Source: Candidatus Saccharimonadota bacterium (lineage in GTDB: Bacteria > Bacteroidota > Bacteroidia > Cytophagales > Amoebophilaceae). Taken from it: a stretch of DNA of 32,000 nucleotides. Where the stretch lies: contig NZ_OW441264.1 in NCBI RefSeq assembly GCF_936981045.1, positions 1 to 32,000 of the forward strand, given 5' to 3'. Positions 28,619 through 32,000 of the stretch are shown here, in pieces. A model generated the notes under the pieces. It saw nothing but the letters and a program-made list of their open reading frames with translations. It made no database searches and had not been told where the DNA came from. Every line of letters starts with the position of its first letter. The stretch's first letter is position 1. The translations under genes were made by a program, and so were the position numbers.

Positions 28619-30706
28619 TTATCCTACTCTATTCCAATCTCCAGCTACAGTAAGCAATCTAACATATTCTTTATAAATTGGCAAGTGAGCAGGATGCTGA
28701 AAGTCTGGGTCTTGTTGGATAATATTTTTAGCTAGTTTACGTGCTACCTCCAAAATAGCAGTATCCTTAGATAAATCAGCTATTTTTAAATTTAGGGTAC
28801 CACTCTGCTGCAATCCCATTAGGTCCCCTGGACCACGGAGTTTAAGATCCAGTTCTGCTATTTCAAATCCATTATTTGTTTTAACCATAGTTTCCATCCG
28901 CTTTTTTCCTGCTTTATTCAAACGATAATCTGTCATTAAAATACAATAGGATTGTGCACTACCACGACCAACCCTTCCACGTAACTGGTGCAACTGAGAC
29001 AACCCAAATCGCTCCGCACTTTCTATAACCATTACCGTTGCATTGGGTACATTCACACCTACCTCTATAACAGTTGTAGCAACCAAAATATGTGTTTCAT
29101 TTTTTTCAAAACGCTTCATCTCCATATCCTTGGCAGCACTATCCATCTTACCGTGCACAATTCCAACAGGAACATCTGGGAAAGCTCTGCAAACAGATGT
29201 GTAACCAGCCATTAGATTACTGTAATCTAACGCAACAGAGGCCTCAATAAGAGGATAAACAATATATATCTGCCTACCTAAGATTAGCTGTTCTCTTATA
29301 AACTGAAAAACCTTTAACCGAGCATTTTCATAGTAGTGTTGCGTCTTAATAGGCTGCCTGCCTGATGGCAATTCATAAATAGTAGAAAGATCCAAGTCAC
29401 CATAAAAAGTCATAGCTAAGGTCCTTGGAATAGGTGTAGCAGTCATAGTAAGTATATGGGGCGCATAAACTTGATTTTTAGTTAAAAGGCCAGCACGTTG
29501 TGCTACACCAAAACGGTGCTGCTCATCTATTATAAAAAAACCCAATTCATTAAACGAAACGTCATCACTCAGTAAAGCATGTGTACCCACTATAATATGC
29601 AATAGGCCTACCTTGAGTCGATATAAAATATGTACCCTCTCTTTCTTTTTAGTACTCCCTGTAAGCAAAGCAATATTTAAACCCAATTGTCGCGCAAAGA
29701 CATGAAAACGTTCAAAATGCTGCTTAGCCAAAATTTCAGTAGGCGCCATAATAGCCACTTGTGCTTTACTTCCTATAACGATTAGCATGGCAAGAAAAGC
29801 AACAATCGTTTTTCCACTTCCCACATCACCTTGCAAAAGCCTGTTCATCCGCTTACCGGAACTTAAATCTCGATAAATCTCTCTAATAGTCTTTTTTTGG
29901 CCATTCGTTAAATTAAAAGGTAAATGGTTGTGGTAAAATACATTTAACAATTCTACTTTATTAAAAATTTTATCATTTTGCTTTTCCACACGAACTTGTC
30001 TTACCTTAAGTAGTTTTAATTGAGTGTAAAATAACTCCTCAAACTTAAGCCTTCTTTGAGCTTGATTAAGTACGGTTTGACTACTCGGGAAATGAATATT
30101 TCCAAAGGCCTCTTTTAAAGAAACAAGTTGATAGCGCGTCAATAAATAGTCCGGTAATGTTTCTTCTACAATTGCACCAAGCTGACTCAACAGCTTCTTT
30201 TGTAAGAAAGCGATCCCCTTAGTGTCCAGCTGATTACGCTTTAATTTTTCTGTGCTATGATATAAAGGAACCAAATTGATTGTATTTCCTTGATTGCCAA
30301 TTGCAAGAGTAATTTCCGGGTGGATAAGTTGTTTCTGGCCTTGTGGCAAAAAGAGAGGCTTTCCCCAAATACGGTAGCGTACGTTTGGCTTGATCTTCTT
30401 TATGATCCAAGAAAAGTTATGAAACCATATAAGTTCTATTTGTCCTGTACCGTCTTCAAATAGCGCTACCAATCTTTTTTTCCCTTTATCTATTCTTTGC
30501 AGTCTTTTAATATACCCTTGCAGTTGTACACTAGAGGTAGTAGGAATTAATGCGGCAATAGTAAACTGATTGTTTCGATCTTCATATCGGAATGGATAAT
30601 GTTTTAAAAGGTCTTCATAGGTATGTATACCTAATTCATCCTTAAGCAATTGCGCTTTGTCCAATTCTGTAAGGAGTCCTATATCTCTAGAGAAAAAACT
30701 ATCCAT
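28619..30706 (-). CDS. recG: ATP-dependent DNA helicase RecG
   Basis: 695-aa ORF with an N-terminal wedge/OB region and the motifs [17 protein letters not shown] and [11 protein letters not shown]. Confidence 0.95.
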   Translation of the reverse strand: MDSFFSRDIGLLTELDKAQLLKDELGIHTYEDLLKHYPFRYEDRNNQFTIAALIPTTSSVQLQGYIKRLQRIDKGKKRLVALFEDGTGQIELIWFHNFSWIIKKIKPNVRYRIWGKPLFLPQGQKQLIHPEITLAIGNQGNTINLVPLYHSTEKLKRNQLDTKGIAFLQKKLLSQLGAIVEETLPDYLLTRYQLVSLKEAFGNIHFPSSQTVLNQAQRRLKFEELFYTQLKLLKVRQVRVEKQNDKIFNKVELLNVFYHNHLPFNLTNGQKKTIREIYRDLSSGKRMNRLLQGDVGSGKTIVAFLAMLIVIGSKAQVAIMAPTEILAKQHFERFHVFARQLGLNIALLTGSTKKKERVHILYRLKVGLLHIIVGTHALLSDDVSFNELGFFIIDEQHRFGVAQRAGLLTKNQVYAPHILTMTATPIPRTLAMTFYGDLDLSTIYELPSGRQPIKTQHYYENARLKVFQFIREQLILGRQIYIVYPLIEASVALDYSNLMAGYTSVCRAFPDVPVGIVHGKMDSAAKDMEMKRFEKNETHILVATTVIEVGVNVPNATVMVIESAERFGLSQLHQLRGRVGRGSAQSYCILMTDYRLNKAGKKRMETMVKTNNGFEIAELDLKLRGPGDLMGLQQSGTLNLKIADLSKDTAILEVARKLAKNIIQQDPDFQHPAHLPIYKEYVRLLTVAGDWNRVG

Positions 30707-30743
30707 AATAAGATCTGTTCAGGATACATTGATCCTTTCCTAT

Positions 30744-30891
30744 TTATCCACACCTATTTTAAAAGATATTATAAGTAATTTAATACAAATGAAAAAAAAC
30801 TTACTTTTATTACTAAGTGGATTTGTGGAAAGATATAAGTTAAAAACAGAATTGTGGATATCTATTTATTAATATACTTTGTTTATCCACC
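30744..30891. promoter_or_regulatory. Cluster of DnaA-box-like 9-mers in the AT-rich spacer upstream of recG; candidate oriC or DnaA-regulated region
   Basis: TTATCCACA is perfect at 30744-30752. TGTGGATAT at 30853-30861 and TTATCCACC at 30883-30891 each have one mismatch. TGTGGAAAG at 30824-30832 and TGTGGAAAC at 31335-31343 each have two. A very AT-rich stretch follows at about 30940-31075. Confidence 0.4.
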
Positions 30892-31359
30892 GATTGGTTT
30901 ATGTTAGAAGTAAGTATGTAAGCTTATGATTAGTTTAGAAGCTAAAACATTTTAAATGTAGTTGATTTTAAGGATAGTTGTATACCTAAATGGTTACAAT
31001 TTTAATAACTATTTAGTTTAAGTATACTATTATATATATTGATTTTCAATTACTCTGTAAAAGATATAGCTGGATGCAAACCGCCTTATTCATTTTTTCC
31101 TGAATAGGTTGATTATCAATAGTATGTAATTAGTCTTGGGCCAATATTGGGATTAATGTGTTTTAGTACGGTGCTATACTATGGTAAATAAATAGTAGGA
31201 AATGTGAATAAAAGTGTGTGCAACTAGGTCCTTGATAACTTTGGTTATATCTCTAGTATAAATATTGATAGAGGTGTTTTTAGATTGTTGATCTTTAAGA
31301 GATCGTTTATAAGTGAATAGATGGGTAAGTGTTTTGTGGAAACCTAAAAAAAGGAGTTT

Positions 31360-31451
31360 GTATGTTTACTTTTCGTTTGGTAAAAGGAATGGTTGCGCCT
31401 AACTTTTTACTTGATAAAAAAGTAGGAATAAAATCAAGCCCTAATGTAAAG
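31360..31451 (-). repeat. Long-palindrome repeat, copy F (tail, A/T hairpin, start of arm), cut by an IS256 end
   Basis: gtatgtttacttttcgtttggtaaaaggaatgg..ctaactttttacttgataaaaaagtaggaataaaatcaagccctaatgtaaag parallels 7948-8035 of copy B. Confidence 0.55.
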
Positions 31452-31453
31452 TT

Positions 31454-31548
31454 GGAAGTGTTCTATAAACTGTGTCAAGGCGATAAAAAGTTATAAATTA
31501 ATTAAATAAACATTAAAGGTTTTAGACATGGAAGAAAATAAGGACAAT
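31454..31548 (+). mobile_element. IS256 5' end fragment (TIR plus 7 codons, MEENKDN), cut by IS6 copy C
   Basis: ggaagtgttctataaactgtgtcaaggcgataaaaagttataaattaattaaataaacattaaaggttttagacatggaagaaaataaggacaat is almost identical to 17182-17276. Confidence 0.8.
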
Positions 31549-32000
31549 GGTTCTGTCGCGTTTATTCTAAAAAATGATTATTTTAGTATCGGTATTTAAA
31601 AAAGTAGTTATTATGTTTAATATTTCTCCCGAGTTATTACCATATTTTAAAGGTTATTGTTCTTCATCAGAAGTCATCCTGTTATTTGTATACATGAAGT
31701 GTCGTTTTTCCTTGAGCTATAGAGATTTGGAAGAGATGATGCGTATGAGAGGCGCAAGAGTTGATCATTCTACGCTACAGAGATGGGTTATTAAGTTTGT
31801 TCCTCTGATAGATAAAGCAGTAAGAAAAAGAAAACGACCAATTGGTAGTAGTTGGAAAATGGATGAAACCTATGTTAAACTAAACGGGAAGTGGATCTAT
31901 TTATATAGAGCAGTAGATCGTTATGGTGATACAGTTGACTTTTTTCTATCTGATCATAGAGACAAGTCTTCAACGCTTTCTTTTTTTCGCAAGGCGATCA
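31549..32000 (+). mobile_element. IS6-family insertion sequence, copy C (runs off the window), inverted relative to copy B
   Basis: Starts ggttctgtcgcgtttattctaaaaaatg. By eye it differs from the reverse complement of copy B at only two positions over the 452 bp visible. Confidence 0.88.
31574..32000 (+). CDS. IS6-family transposase, partial (3' end outside the window)
   Basis: Gives the same protein as copy B (MIILVSVFKKVVIMFNISPELLPYFKGYC...MKCRFSLSYRDLEEMM...DETYVKLNGKWIYLYRAVDRYGDTVDFFLS). The likely start is the ATG at 31613. Confidence 0.88.
   Translation, partial: MIILVSVFKKVVIMFNISPELLPYFKGYCSSSEVILLFVYMKCRFSLSYRDLEEMMRMRGARVDHSTLQRWVIKFVPLIDKAVRKRKRPIGSSWKMDETYVKLNGKWIYLYRAVDRYGDTVDFFLSDHRDKSSTLSFFRKAI

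Noticed and set aside
30657-30872. 71-aa ORF in the recG upstream spacer.
   Set aside because: It starts inside recG on the opposite strand and runs through AT-rich non-coding DNA carrying the DnaA-box-like motifs. The peptide is Ile/Leu/Lys/Ser-rich, as expected from random AT-rich sequence.

Overview
AT-rich window that reads like a Bacteroidota chromosome segment. It may come from an IS-riddled intracellular symbiont of the Amoebophilus/Cardinium type, but that is inference from gene content and IS load only. About 16 ordinary housekeeping genes are present: mnmG, ndk, lipB, rsmA, a UvrD-like helicase, rfbC, dnaX, dnaJ, grpE, a PlsC-type acyltransferase, xerD, a PPTase, recG, tRNA-Asn and tRNA-Val. 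They sit as islands among mobile DNA. Six IS families occur (IS982, IS5, IS481, IS256 in two subtypes, IS6, IS4) in roughly 20 complete, broken or fragmentary copies, together with a group II intron remnant and a 51-codon enolase relic. Only the IS4, the IS256 at 17181-18529 and the IS6 copy at 27741-28573 look coding-intact; the partial IS6 copy at the window end is open as far as it can be seen. I found no defence island, CRISPR array or toxin system. Signals not explained by the ORF track: (1) an apparently unannotated long-palindrome intergenic repeat family, eight copies, mostly just after gene 3' ends and repeatedly hit by IS insertions; (2) a 240-bp MITE carrying IS982 termini, two inverted copies bracketing a nested transposon graveyard; (3) a GrpE with a roughly 12-residue-periodic CC/CCC cysteine-cluster N-terminal extension; (4) a DnaA-box cluster in the AT-rich spacer upstream of recG, a candidate oriC, enclosed with recG by two near-identical inverted IS6 copies; (5) an IS26-style arrangement of directly oriented IS6 ends around the helicase gene. 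All coordinates and motifs were read by eye, and no database search was possible.
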